64,000 nucleotides of DNA from an uncultured virus (IMG/VR IMGVR_UViG_3300033816_001502) (taxonomy: Duplodnaviria > Heunggongvirae > Uroviricota > Caudoviricetes), in IMG/VR virus record IMGVR_UViG_3300033816_001502; one strand, written 5' to 3'. The notes beneath the pieces were generated by a model. It had not been told where the DNA came from and searched no databases. It saw nothing but the letters and a program-made list of their open reading frames with translations. The position numbers were made by a program, and so were the translations under genes. This document shows, piece by piece, positions 45,988 to 54,564 of this stretch (its first letter is position 1; the number at the start of each line of letters is the position of its first letter).

Positions 45988-47379
45988 TTACAATATTTGA
46001 GAAGCCAATGTAGCAAGTTCGCTTCTTTCTCCTTTTAGCATAGTAACGTGTCCAGCTATATCATACTCTTTAAATTTTTCAATTGCGTATGTTAAACCGC
46101 ATGTGTATGCATCAACATGCACATTGTCGATCTGTTCAATATCTCCAGTAAGAACTATCTTTGTTCCGTCTCCTACTCTGGTTATGATCGTCTTTAATTC
46201 ATGCATTGAAAGGTTTTGAGCCTCATCAATGACTATAAAAGAATTAGGTATAGATCTTCCTCTGATGAAGGTAATCGCTTCAATCTCAATTAACCCTTTT
46301 TCTTGCATTAAAGACAAATACGCATTGCTATCGGTCTTGTTCCACCCGCTGTCTGCTTTTGTTCCGCCTCTGACTTTTGCTGCGTTACCTCTCTTACTTC
46401 CCATTAAGAAATTTAAATTGTCTTTGATGGGAGATATCCAAGGTTCCATTTTTTCTTGTAAAGTTCCAGGTAAAAATCCGATGTCTTTTCCTACAGGCTG
46501 AACTGGCTTTGTTACTATTAATTTTGAATACCTGGCTACTTCTGGACTTCCTATTCCTTTTAGCTGTTCTAGTGCTGCGGCTAACGCTAACAGGGTTTTT
46601 CCGCTTCCGCTTAATCCGACCAAGGTTAAAAGCTTAACGTCAGGATCAAAAAGCAAATCTAAAGAAAATGCTTGTTCTTTGTTCCTAGGTTTTAACCCAA
46701 AGACATTTTCAAACTTCTCGATTGGAACAAGCGTTTTAACTCCGTCAACAACTTTTAACTTTGTTATTGCTGATTTTACTGTCTTTTCGTTCTCTACGTG
46801 CTTGATTATGACGACTTGGTTTGGATATCTGACTTGAGGAACATCGATTACTAATTTTTCCTGATGATAAAAATTGTCTATTTCATCTTCAGATAGCTCT
46901 ACAACTTCTACTCCTTTGTAAAAAGTTTTTGGATCATTAGTAATTCTTAATTTCAAATAATCTTCAGATACTATTCCTAAAGCATCACACTTAATTCTTA
47001 CGTTAATATCTTTAGAAACCAGTATGTAATCTCTTGGTAATCCTAACATTAAGCTTATGATTACGTTGTCTGCCTTCGTTGGATCTAGTTCTACTGGTAG
47101 TTTTTCTTTTACAACTGTAGAATCAACTGATACTACTCGTAAAATTCCGCCTTCAGGCAATGCAACTCCGTCTATCAAACTATCATTAGATGATCTCATA
47201 CCATCCAATGTTCTGCTCACGCTTCTGGCGTTGTGTCCTACTTCATCCATTCTGCTTTTATGGTGGTCTAATTCCTCTAAAACCACCATTGGAATAATGA
47301 CATCATTATCTTGAAATGAAAATATAGCATTAGGATCGCTTAAAAGAACGTTCGTGTCAAGGACGTATGTTTTTTTCAT
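45988..47379 (-). CDS. phoH: PIN-PhoH protein (PhoH2/YlaK-like)
   Basis: YVLDTNV..., VLEELD, ADNVI, VSKDIN (PIN); PRNKEQ, GLSGSGKT, FIRGRS, IDEAQN, TRVG..TKIVLTGD. Confidence 0.92.
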   Translation of the reverse strand: MKKTYVLDTNVLLSDPNAIFSFQDNDVIIPMVVLEELDHHKSRMDEVGHNARSVSRTLDGMRSSNDSLIDGVALPEGGILRVVSVDSTVVKEKLPVELDPTKADNVIISLMLGLPRDYILVSKDINVRIKCDALGIVSEDYLKLRITNDPKTFYKGVEVVELSEDEIDNFYHQEKLVIDVPQVRYPNQVVIIKHVENEKTVKSAITKLKVVDGVKTLVPIEKFENVFGLKPRNKEQAFSLDLLFDPDVKLLTLVGLSGSGKTLLALAAALEQLKGIGSPEVARYSKLIVTKPVQPVGKDIGFLPGTLQEKMEPWISPIKDNLNFLMGSKRGNAAKVRGGTKADSGWNKTDSNAYLSLMQEKGLIEIEAITFIRGRSIPNSFIVIDEAQNLSMHELKTIITRVGDGTKIVLTGDIEQIDNVHVDAYTCGLTYAIEKFKEYDIAGHVTMLKGERSELATLASQIL

Positions 47380-47441
47380 GTTGATTTCAATATCTTCTTT
47401 GAACAATGTACCTTTTTTGCCTAAAGTATAAACAAATTCTA

Positions 47442-47720
47442 ATGACAAAAAGCAAAAGTTTACCAATACTAAAACAATCAGCTACTTGCTTTGAGACGCA
47501 TGCTAAATACAACGTCAACTGCAATAAAGACAGCTGCAAAAATTACATGAATGATAAAAATAATCAAAACTGTGTAATCGTTGCAGCTCAAAAAGGACCA
47601 TATACCCTACAAAATATAGGAAAAATATATGGATTGACAAGAATGAGAATTTGTCAAATAGAAAAAAACATCATTCAAAAGTTAAAGTTTCAGCTGTTGT
47701 TTGATAATGATTTCTTTTGA
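47442..47720 (+). CDS. small Cys-rich protein with a sigma70 region-4 HTH
   Basis: YTLQNIGKIYGLTRMRICQIEK matches the region 4.2 consensus TLEEIG..FGVTRERIRQIE; four N-terminal Cys; promoter TTGAAC-N17-TAAAGT at 47399-47427. Confidence 0.8.
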   Translation: MTKSKSLPILKQSATCFETHAKYNVNCNKDSCKNYMNDKNNQNCVIVAAQKGPYTLQNIGKIYGLTRMRICQIEKNIIQKLKFQLLFDNDFF

Positions 47721-48109
47721 AATAATTGCTTTTTCTTTTGCTTTTCTGACTGTTCATCAACACTTTTATCAGTTGAAAAATTAACTTCCACTTTTTCTTC
47801 AAGAATTGCGGATTCAGCGTCAGCTTCTTTTTCTTTTAAGGAAGCATTAGTAGTAATGGTAGCTTTTTCGTTTTCAACTCTAGGACTAACGTCCACAATT
47901 TCGGTAAGCTTTTCTTGCTTTAAAGTTTCTACCTTAGTGGATTCTTCTTGCGCCGGTACAAAAACGAAACCTGGTTTAAGATTAAGATCTTTCTTCTTTT
48001 TTGAAGAAACATTCTTAAGCTTTCCATCTTTAGACAAAGATCTATGGGATTTTTTTGGATCTAATCCCAAGTTTAAGATATCTGCTAGGACTGCTCTAGG
48101 TGCTGGCAT
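47690..48109 (-). CDS. hypothetical Lys/Glu-rich protein
   Basis: SD GAGG; charged low-complexity ORF. Confidence 0.6.
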   Translation of the reverse strand: MPAPRAVLADILNLGLDPKKSHRSLSKDGKLKNVSSKKKKDLNLKPGFVFVPAQEESTKVETLKQEKLTEIVDVSPRVENEKATITTNASLKEKEADAESAILEEKVEVNFSTDKSVDEQSEKQKKKQLFQKKSLSNNS

Positions 48110-48147
48110 TTTTTCCTCTTATTCAATTTAAATTTGAATATTAATTC

Positions 48148-48171
48148 AAACGGGTGCTGAAGCACCCGTTT
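48148..48171 (-). terminator. terminator-like hairpin after the Hc1-like gene
   Basis: AAACGGGTGCT-GA-AGCACCCGTTT. Confidence 0.65.
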
Positions 48172-48180
48172 AATAATTAT

Positions 48181-48384
48181 TCACTTTGAATCTTTTGAAC
48201 TTTTTTCAAAAGCAATCGTTGTTTTCACCATGTCGGATGCTTTTGTTTTTAATTCTCTCAAACCTTTTCTGACTCTGACGCCAGCCGCAGCAACTCCTCT
48301 AGCTGATTTTGCAACGTCATGTTCAAGAGATTCAACTAAAGATTTAACTTCATTCCATTTTGCTAAAACTTCATTATCGGACAT
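48181..48384 (-). CDS. histone H1-like (Hc1-family) DNA-binding protein
   Basis: DVAKSARGVAAAGVRVRKGLRELK matches the Hc1-type G.KAAG.R.RK motif; SD GGAGG. Confidence 0.7.
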   Translation of the reverse strand: MSDNEVLAKWNEVKSLVESLEHDVAKSARGVAAAGVRVRKGLRELKTKASDMVKTTIAFEKSSKDSK

Positions 48385-48437
48385 TTGATTGTTACCTCCA
48401 GAATTAATATACGGAATCACGTTTGCAGGTAAATATC

Positions 48438-50093
48438 TTAAAAAATTTTAAATGTTTCGTCAAACAATGTTCGATTCATTCTAAAAAACTTTTCCCAATC
48501 AGAATCTAATATGTAAGAGATTGCATGGTCACTTTCATTCCTAATTGATCTACCTAAAGATTGGATTATAGATTTGGCTGTCATATAAGGATACCAAAAC
48601 TTGTTTTTTTCCATTCTCTTTTTTACGACCAAGTCTCCTAGATAAGGAAAAGGAATCTTACATATAATTTGAAAACGACTTAAATCGTCATGTAAGTCTA
48701 CTCCTTCCATCATAGAAGGGCTGACTAGCACAGTTGGATCCTTGCTGTTGACATGAAACTTTAGCATTTCTTCTCTATTGCTTGAATCATGAAGTACTAA
48801 CCTGTGAGAATCTACGTTCTCTTTGATGTATTTTGCTACTTTGAAATTGGTACAATGAATGATTCCTTTTTCTTGAGGATGCTTTTCTAGCAACAATTTT
48901 ACAACCTCTACCATTTTTGGAAGTGTAGAATCAATTGTCGATTTTGACATAGATCCTACAGGCAAAAAATGAACAGGCCTGTTTTCTACAGGAAATGGCG
49001 AAGGTATAGAAAGATAAGAAACATCTTTCTCTTCAATGCCGATAGATCGAGAAAAAATTTCTTTGTTGACAATTGTTGCAGACATTAGCAACACTCTATT
49101 TCCTAATCTAAAAAAACTTGAATATGCGTAAGGTGAAACATCAATTGGTTTAAATTCGAATTTTTTACCTGCCTTCTTGTTATCGTATGAAGGTAATGCT
49201 ACGTTCATGATCCAATTTTCAGGTTTATAGACTTCTATAAATCGATTGATCTTACACACATGTTTATCTAAAATCTCATATTGCTTTGAAAAATTGCCAT
49301 ATCCTTCAATATCATTGCTAAGTTTTTCTAGAGCCTTTTCTACTTCTTTGATGTGCTTCAACAAGGCTTTTTTGTAAGTCGAATTGATCCATTCAAAAAT
49401 AGCAGATTGAGATTCTGATTTTGGAGACTTACACTTTAGAATGTCTCTAGCAAATTTTTCTGAAAAAGTAATCTCAATGAATTTTCCGAGCTCAGTTTCA
49501 GCATTGTGAGCTTCGTCTACGATAAGCATAGCTCTAGGTTCTAATTTCCCTGCGTAAGTAGATTCTGCAAGAAGATAAGGAAAATTAGTAACAGCGATAG
49601 AAGAATCTATAAATTCTTGCTTTTCTATAGAATACTTGCAATTAGTTTTACAGTTTTTTTGAAAATCAGTTCCATTTAACTGTTTTCCTAAATTCATCAA
49701 GATTCTTTTAGATTCAGCGCACGTTTGATCTGAATAAAAAGAACACATATAATTGCTGGAAGATTTTATAGATTTGACAAGATTCTTCCCACAGCTTGGA
49801 CCGAAGTCTCTTAGATACTGCTCTTGAAGAATTTTTTGCGTTGTAACCACATAAGAACCAACCAAACGATCACCATTCTCTCCAATTGAAATTGGAGCAT
49901 GATTTTCCATGTATCTAGCAATTGTAATTCCTGTTGCGGATTTACCCACGCCAGTACCTAGCTCTAAGATTACATACTTCTTATTTTCGTTTAAGAAAGA
50001 GTTTAAAGCAAAGTTAATTGCTACTTCTTGCTCTTTGCGAATCTTATCGAATGGAAAATACATTTTCCAATCTTCAATAGAGATTTTTTTCAT
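48438..50093 (-). CDS. DinG/YoaA-family SF2 helicase
   Basis: R.EQ Q-motif, ELGTGVGKS, Cys residues in the Fe-S region, IVDEAH, MSAT, SPF, EGVDL, KIPFP, QSLGRSIR..D. Confidence 0.88.
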   Translation of the reverse strand: MKKISIEDWKMYFPFDKIRKEQEVAINFALNSFLNENKKYVILELGTGVGKSATGITIARYMENHAPISIGENGDRLVGSYVVTTQKILQEQYLRDFGPSCGKNLVKSIKSSSNYMCSFYSDQTCAESKRILMNLGKQLNGTDFQKNCKTNCKYSIEKQEFIDSSIAVTNFPYLLAESTYAGKLEPRAMLIVDEAHNAETELGKFIEITFSEKFARDILKCKSPKSESQSAIFEWINSTYKKALLKHIKEVEKALEKLSNDIEGYGNFSKQYEILDKHVCKINRFIEVYKPENWIMNVALPSYDNKKAGKKFEFKPIDVSPYAYSSFFRLGNRVLLMSATIVNKEIFSRSIGIEEKDVSYLSIPSPFPVENRPVHFLPVGSMSKSTIDSTLPKMVEVVKLLLEKHPQEKGIIHCTNFKVAKYIKENVDSHRLVLHDSSNREEMLKFHVNSKDPTVLVSPSMMEGVDLHDDLSRFQIICKIPFPYLGDLVVKKRMEKNKFWYPYMTAKSIIQSLGRSIRNESDHAISYILDSDWEKFFRMNRTLFDETFKIF

Positions 50094-50161
50094 AAATGAT
50101 AATCGTCTGAGGATTTACTCCCCAGACGATCATAAAGCAAACTATCGATCAATTACAAAGT

Positions 50162-50779
50162 TTATGCACCAATAATTTTATCCACGATGCCTAATTTGAT
50201 TGCTTCTTCAGGAGTCACATAAAAATCATGTCCAGATTTCATGATTTTTTCGACTTGCTCTTTTGTCATGTTGGATTCTTTTTGAAGAGATGAAACCATC
50301 AATTCTTGTAGCCTTTTGAATTCGTTGGTTTCACTCATGGATTCAAAAACGTTTCCGTAAAAACCTCCTGATATAGGATGCATCATAAGTCTTGCTGATG
50401 ATCCAATTAAGCGTTTGCCTTTCACGCCAGAAGCTAGCAGTAGCACACCTGCTGACATTACTTTACCCAACGCTATTGTATGGACAGGACATGGCAAAAA
50501 TCTGATGGTATCATAAAGCGAAAACATTTCATCTACAGACCCTCCATAAGTAGAAACCACTAGATGAATTGGTTTGTGGTTTTGATTTGCTAAATACAAG
50601 AGCTGATAGATTACTGCGGAAATTGATTGTTCGCTGACCCCTCCGTATAATACTACGATTCTAGAATCTTCTCCATGTTTTGGATGAGGGAGCAAAGCTG
50701 CTAACTCAGCTTCATCATGATCGCCGGTTTTATTTTTTGTTGTAAACGGAGTTTTTACGTTAATTGATCTTCCCATCAT
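50162..50779 (-). CDS. clpP: ClpP-family serine protease
   Basis: VSTYGGSV, TIALGKVMSAG (catalytic Ser), KGKR, LMMHP (His), EEAIKLGIVDKI. Confidence 0.9.
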   Translation of the reverse strand: MMGRSINVKTPFTTKNKTGDHDEAELAALLPHPKHGEDSRIVVLYGGVSEQSISAVIYQLLYLANQNHKPIHLVVSTYGGSVDEMFSLYDTIRFLPCPVHTIALGKVMSAGVLLLASGVKGKRLIGSSARLMMHPISGGFYGNVFESMSETNEFKRLQELMVSSLQKESNMTKEQVEKIMKSGHDFYVTPEEAIKLGIVDKIIGA

Positions 50780-50999
50780 CGCTCCTTGAGACAAAAATAT
50801 CGTCTCCTGCAATTTCTTTAATCACTTCTGTTAGGTCTTTTACATATTCTATATTCTCTAATTCAAGAGAAAGTAAATAAATAAGGAACATTTGTTGCCT
50901 TTGCGTAAGACCTACATTCAAAATTTCTTTTACGATCTTTCGACATTCTTCATTTTCTTCTGCTAATTTTTCAGAAGAAAGCTTACCAAAAGTTTGCAT
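50760..50999 (-). CDS. hypothetical protein
   Basis: Operonic ORF overlapping clpP. Confidence 0.65.
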   Translation of the reverse strand: MQTFGKLSSEKLAEENEECRKIVKEILNVGLTQRQQMFLIYLLSLELENIEYVKDLTEVIKEIAGDDIFVSRSDDGKIN

Positions 51000-51000
51000 A

Positions 51001-51516
51001 TTACTCACCTAATGTTTCTTTTCTTATGTGAGAATCTACTTTGAATAATGAATCGCCTAAAATTCTGACGTATTTTATAACTTTATCTTCTTTTTCTACG
51101 TCAGTAGACAATATGACAATTTCTCCCCACTTTTTATTCTCAAGAATGTATTGAGCAAACTCCCAAGTAGGTAAATCACAATTGTGTCTATCTAATATCG
51201 AAGATAAGCTTTTGTTCATGGAAGATCTAATGTCTTCTATAGTCATAATAGAACTCATTGCATCTTTTCCACTCATTATTTCCGAAGAACATATGTCAAC
51301 AACCTTGTGAACCACACCACAGTTATTACATTGAGAAAATTTCGGTTTTATTTGACCTTCAAATACTTCAGAAAAAACCACAAAACAATGAGGAGCAGGA
51401 TTTGCAGTATTTTTCATTTGTGGCAAAATGCATCTACATTTTATTAGATGCTTTTGTCCAAAAGATTCTTTTAAGCTTGTTCCAGAATCCTGGATTTGGG
51501 CTTTTCTTTTCTTCAT
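51001..51516 (-). CDS. hypothetical Cys/His protein (possible zinc ribbon)
   Basis: HLIKCRC...QCNNCGVVH. Confidence 0.65.
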   Translation of the reverse strand: MKKRKAQIQDSGTSLKESFGQKHLIKCRCILPQMKNTANPAPHCFVVFSEVFEGQIKPKFSQCNNCGVVHKVVDICSSEIMSGKDAMSSIMTIEDIRSSMNKSLSSILDRHNCDLPTWEFAQYILENKKWGEIVILSTDVEKEDKVIKYVRILGDSLFKVDSHIRKETLGE

Positions 51517-51522
51517 GATCTA

Positions 51523-51765
51523 CTATTTTTTTTTCTTTGGCTGTTCTTCAGTCATGTTTGATAAAGCGTTTAAGAAATTATTGTGGCCCTTATTGAATCC
51601 TTCATTAACTGACACATCAATAAGCCCTAAAATAGCAGGTAGTAAGCTTTCATTTACGTTAATTTGCTTCGTGTTGACAGCCGTGACTAAATTTCTCTTG
51701 GCGATTTCTTTTGTAACTTCAAAAAAATCCCAAGTTAATTTGCTTACTTTATTCTTGTTTAACAT
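51523..51765 (-). CDS. hypothetical protein
   Basis: Operonic ORF. Confidence 0.6.
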   Translation of the reverse strand: MLNKNKVSKLTWDFFEVTKEIAKRNLVTAVNTKQINVNESLLPAILGLIDVSVNEGFNKGHNNFLNALSNMTEEQPKKKK

Positions 51766-51786
51766 AAGTAAGATATAATTTATTAC

Positions 51787-52611
51787 ATGAGTGAAGTAAA
51801 CAAAGTTAATGAAGATATCGTAGCGTTAAAAATCGCTTTATTAGAATCTAAGGTTCTAAAAGAGATATCTGAGAAGCAGCAAGAAGAATTGGAAAATTTT
51901 GTTGAAAAATCACAAAAAGCAGTAGAGTTGTTTTTAGACGCAATTACTAGCGAGAACATAAGTTCTACTGCTATTAAGGGATTTTTAGAAAAAGCAGAAG
52001 AAAAACAACGAGAATATCTAGAAAAGATTCAATCTGGTTCTTTAAAACCTAAAGACGAACAAAAAGCAATAGAGAACATAAAAAAAATAAATGGAGCTTT
52101 TGCAGGATTTGCCGTGGCAATGAAAAATATTCCAAAAGCAGGAATAGCAATAAAAGACTTCAAGAAAATATTAAAAAAAGAATTAGAAGACAGTAGAAAT
52201 GATAATAGAACTTCTAAAAAAATGTCAGAGCTATTTCCAAATGATTATCAGAAATTTTCAGCAGCTTTAAGTTCTTCTTTTAAAACTAAGATTAGCGTTT
52301 ATGATCCTGTAAAATTGGGAATTCCTTGGGATACAAATGCTGTAGTTTCTGAATTCGTGAACATGCCTGTAAAAGCTTTAAATAGATTTACTGGTAAAGT
52401 TCAAGACAGCGAACCGCCTCCAACTCCTCCTGCACCGACACCACCAGGGTCTCCACCGACACCTGCCGCACCTGATGTGAAAATTAAAGATATTTTCAAA
52501 GGTGCAAATGAACAAGACATTAGAAAGTTTAATGAAAAGTTTAAAGAAAAATTTGGATTTGAACTTTCTGATAAAGATGACCTAGCTGCAATACTTGCTA
52601 GTATGACATAA
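51787..52611 (+). CDS. hypothetical Lys-rich protein with a Pro-rich linker
   Basis: Clean 274-aa ORF; N-terminal LLE/LKE sites; PPPTPPAPTPPGSPPTP. Confidence 0.7.
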   Translation: MSEVNKVNEDIVALKIALLESKVLKEISEKQQEELENFVEKSQKAVELFLDAITSENISSTAIKGFLEKAEEKQREYLEKIQSGSLKPKDEQKAIENIKKINGAFAGFAVAMKNIPKAGIAIKDFKKILKKELEDSRNDNRTSKKMSELFPNDYQKFSAALSSSFKTKISVYDPVKLGIPWDTNAVVSEFVNMPVKALNRFTGKVQDSEPPPTPPAPTPPGSPPTPAAPDVKIKDIFKGANEQDIRKFNEKFKEKFGFELSDKDDLAAILASMT

Positions 52612-53791
52612 TGACAGAGTTATGTATTACTGCACCTAATGAATTTAATTTTTCAAAAAACAATTTAGAATATAAGTTAGAAGAGACATAAGATCCGTAA
52701 AGCTTAGAATCATTTATCACTCCAAATTCTATCATAGATTTTATTGATCTAAGACAATAATCAACAGATTGTCTTTTTACGACAAAATCGCTGGTATCTG
52801 GAAGTCTAATAATGACATTATTTGCTGACAAAGATCTTATTCTATCTTCATAGATTTCTTCTACATTTTTTGATTCTTCTCTTTTAGATAATAGAAATTT
52901 AATATGAGAATTGACATCAGATTTTGATGATTGATTTTTTATGCAAATTGAATTAACGTAAATAGAGATTTCATCTACTTTTCTTGCATCATCTATAGAA
53001 ATATTAGAAATCAGTTGGCCTAAATTGCTAGAAAACAAAGATGCAGAACAAGCTATTGAGATATCATTAAGTTTGTTTATTCCTTCCAGATTAAACTCAA
53101 CTACAATAGGATAAACTTCAATAGCTCCTCTAATTCTATTGACTTTCAGTGTATTTAAAACTTCGTCATGAAGTCCTCTAGCTATTAGAATTACAGGGTG
53201 TTTTGTTGAACTTGCTCCTTCAAGCAATAAATTAATCTCAGAAACAGATTCAACAAATCCATCAATAACGATGACTCTAGGATTTACTATTTTTATTGGT
53301 TTTTCTTCAAAAGTTTTTACTTTAAAGGTAAAACCATCAATAGCTTCAATTGAAGTAAAGTTATTGCTAGACTTTTCTACAGATATTCTGCCACCAAACC
53401 CAGCTAAAAGCACAGCGTCAAATAATAAGTTGCTTAACGTGTTATCGTCTTTTGTTTGAGAAAAAATGATTTTTTTTAGATCATTCAAAGTAGCCTTGTT
53501 TGAAGATCTGGTTTTATCATCAAGATTAGAGTTTAATATCCTGTGTAACGTAAAGTCAAACCCACCAGGAGATATTTTTTCTGATAAAATACAATGTTCT
53601 ATAATCAACCTATGAATAGCTAATTTCAGTTGATTAGAATATTTTAAATTAAAAATTCCTTGAAATGAAGTTTTTAACAAAACTTGATCTTTTTCAAGGA
53701 ATAATACTTTTTCTGTATTTAAAAAATTTCTTAAATCATCGCATACTTCTTTAAATGATTCAAGTATTTCTTTTTTTAGAAAAATTGTCAC
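52598..53791 (-). CDS. degenerate GroEL/Cpn60-like chaperonin
   Basis: AG.GGRISVE.S, IDGF, NPRVIVIDG.VES, PVILIARG, EVLNTLKVN..RG, LNDISI, EDRIRSL; the GDGTTT ATP motif is not seen. Confidence 0.7.
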   Translation of the reverse strand: MTIFLKKEILESFKEVCDDLRNFLNTEKVLFLEKDQVLLKTSFQGIFNLKYSNQLKLAIHRLIIEHCILSEKISPGGFDFTLHRILNSNLDDKTRSSNKATLNDLKKIIFSQTKDDNTLSNLLFDAVLLAGFGGRISVEKSSNNFTSIEAIDGFTFKVKTFEEKPIKIVNPRVIVIDGFVESVSEINLLLEGASSTKHPVILIARGLHDEVLNTLKVNRIRGAIEVYPIVVEFNLEGINKLNDISIACSASLFSSNLGQLISNISIDDARKVDEISIYVNSICIKNQSSKSDVNSHIKFLLSKREESKNVEEIYEDRIRSLSANNVIIRLPDTSDFVVKRQSVDYCLRSIKSMIEFGVINDSKLYGSYVSSNLYSKLFFEKLNSLGAVIHNSVIMSY

Positions 53792-53826
53792 AAAATCATT
53801 GTAGCTTATTTTTGGCTAATGTTCAA
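53792..53826 (-). promoter_or_regulatory. leaderless-type promoter of the GroEL-like gene
   Basis: Minus strand TTGAAC-N17-TACAAT-GATTTT-GTG. Confidence 0.65.
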
Positions 53827-54425
53827 ATAATTTGAATATGCGAATTAATGTAAGCATGTATTATCTTACCAATAGCACCTAAAATTGCTGTACCTACTGC
53901 AATTGAAAGCCATCTAGTAAAAGCTGCTTGTTTTTGATACCAAGATTGTAATTCTTTAATTACTTCAGAATGTTGATTTATAATCTTTGCAAGATTTTCA
54001 TCATTTAGTTCTTCTTTTTGAGCTAGTTTTTCTTCATGAATTTTCCAGCTTTGTATCGAATGCAACTGTTCTTCTAACTCTTCAACTCTTTCAATTTCAG
54101 CTGTACTATTTTCAACATTCTTTATTCTTGCATATAATCCATTATCAGGATTATACAAAACTTCTCTTATTTCGTCAACTTTAAAAACTAATTGAGTCTG
54201 TGATTGTTCTATTTTTTCAATTTTGTACATTAGATTTGAGAATCCACCATTCATTGCGGGAGCTGATAGGATTCTTTTTTGCATCTCTAAAATTTGTTGT
54301 CGATTGCTTTCAATAGCATCCAAAGTTTTTTTTGTTTCAACGTTATCAAGAGGATCTTTTTTGTCAATTTTTGCATCCGAAAAGTTCGGAGAACTTACTT
54401 GCGTATTAGTTTTTTTTCTTGACAT
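53823..54425 (-). CDS. coiled-coil protein with C-terminal transmembrane helix
   Basis: Heptad-rich body; WLSIAVGTAILGAIG near the C-terminus. Confidence 0.65.
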   Translation of the reverse strand: MSRKKTNTQVSSPNFSDAKIDKKDPLDNVETKKTLDAIESNRQQILEMQKRILSAPAMNGGFSNLMYKIEKIEQSQTQLVFKVDEIREVLYNPDNGLYARIKNVENSTAEIERVEELEEQLHSIQSWKIHEEKLAQKEELNDENLAKIINQHSEVIKELQSWYQKQAAFTRWLSIAVGTAILGAIGKIIHAYINSHIQII

Positions 54426-54564
54426 ATACATCCTCCTAGACAATGTTATTTTTTCTAAGATTAAGATTTATAATTTACTAAATCTTATTTCTAAATCTAT
54501 AAATTTAGATCAATTTACTTATAGAATTAATTATAATTCTTCAGAGAATTTAAAGAGGTAAATC

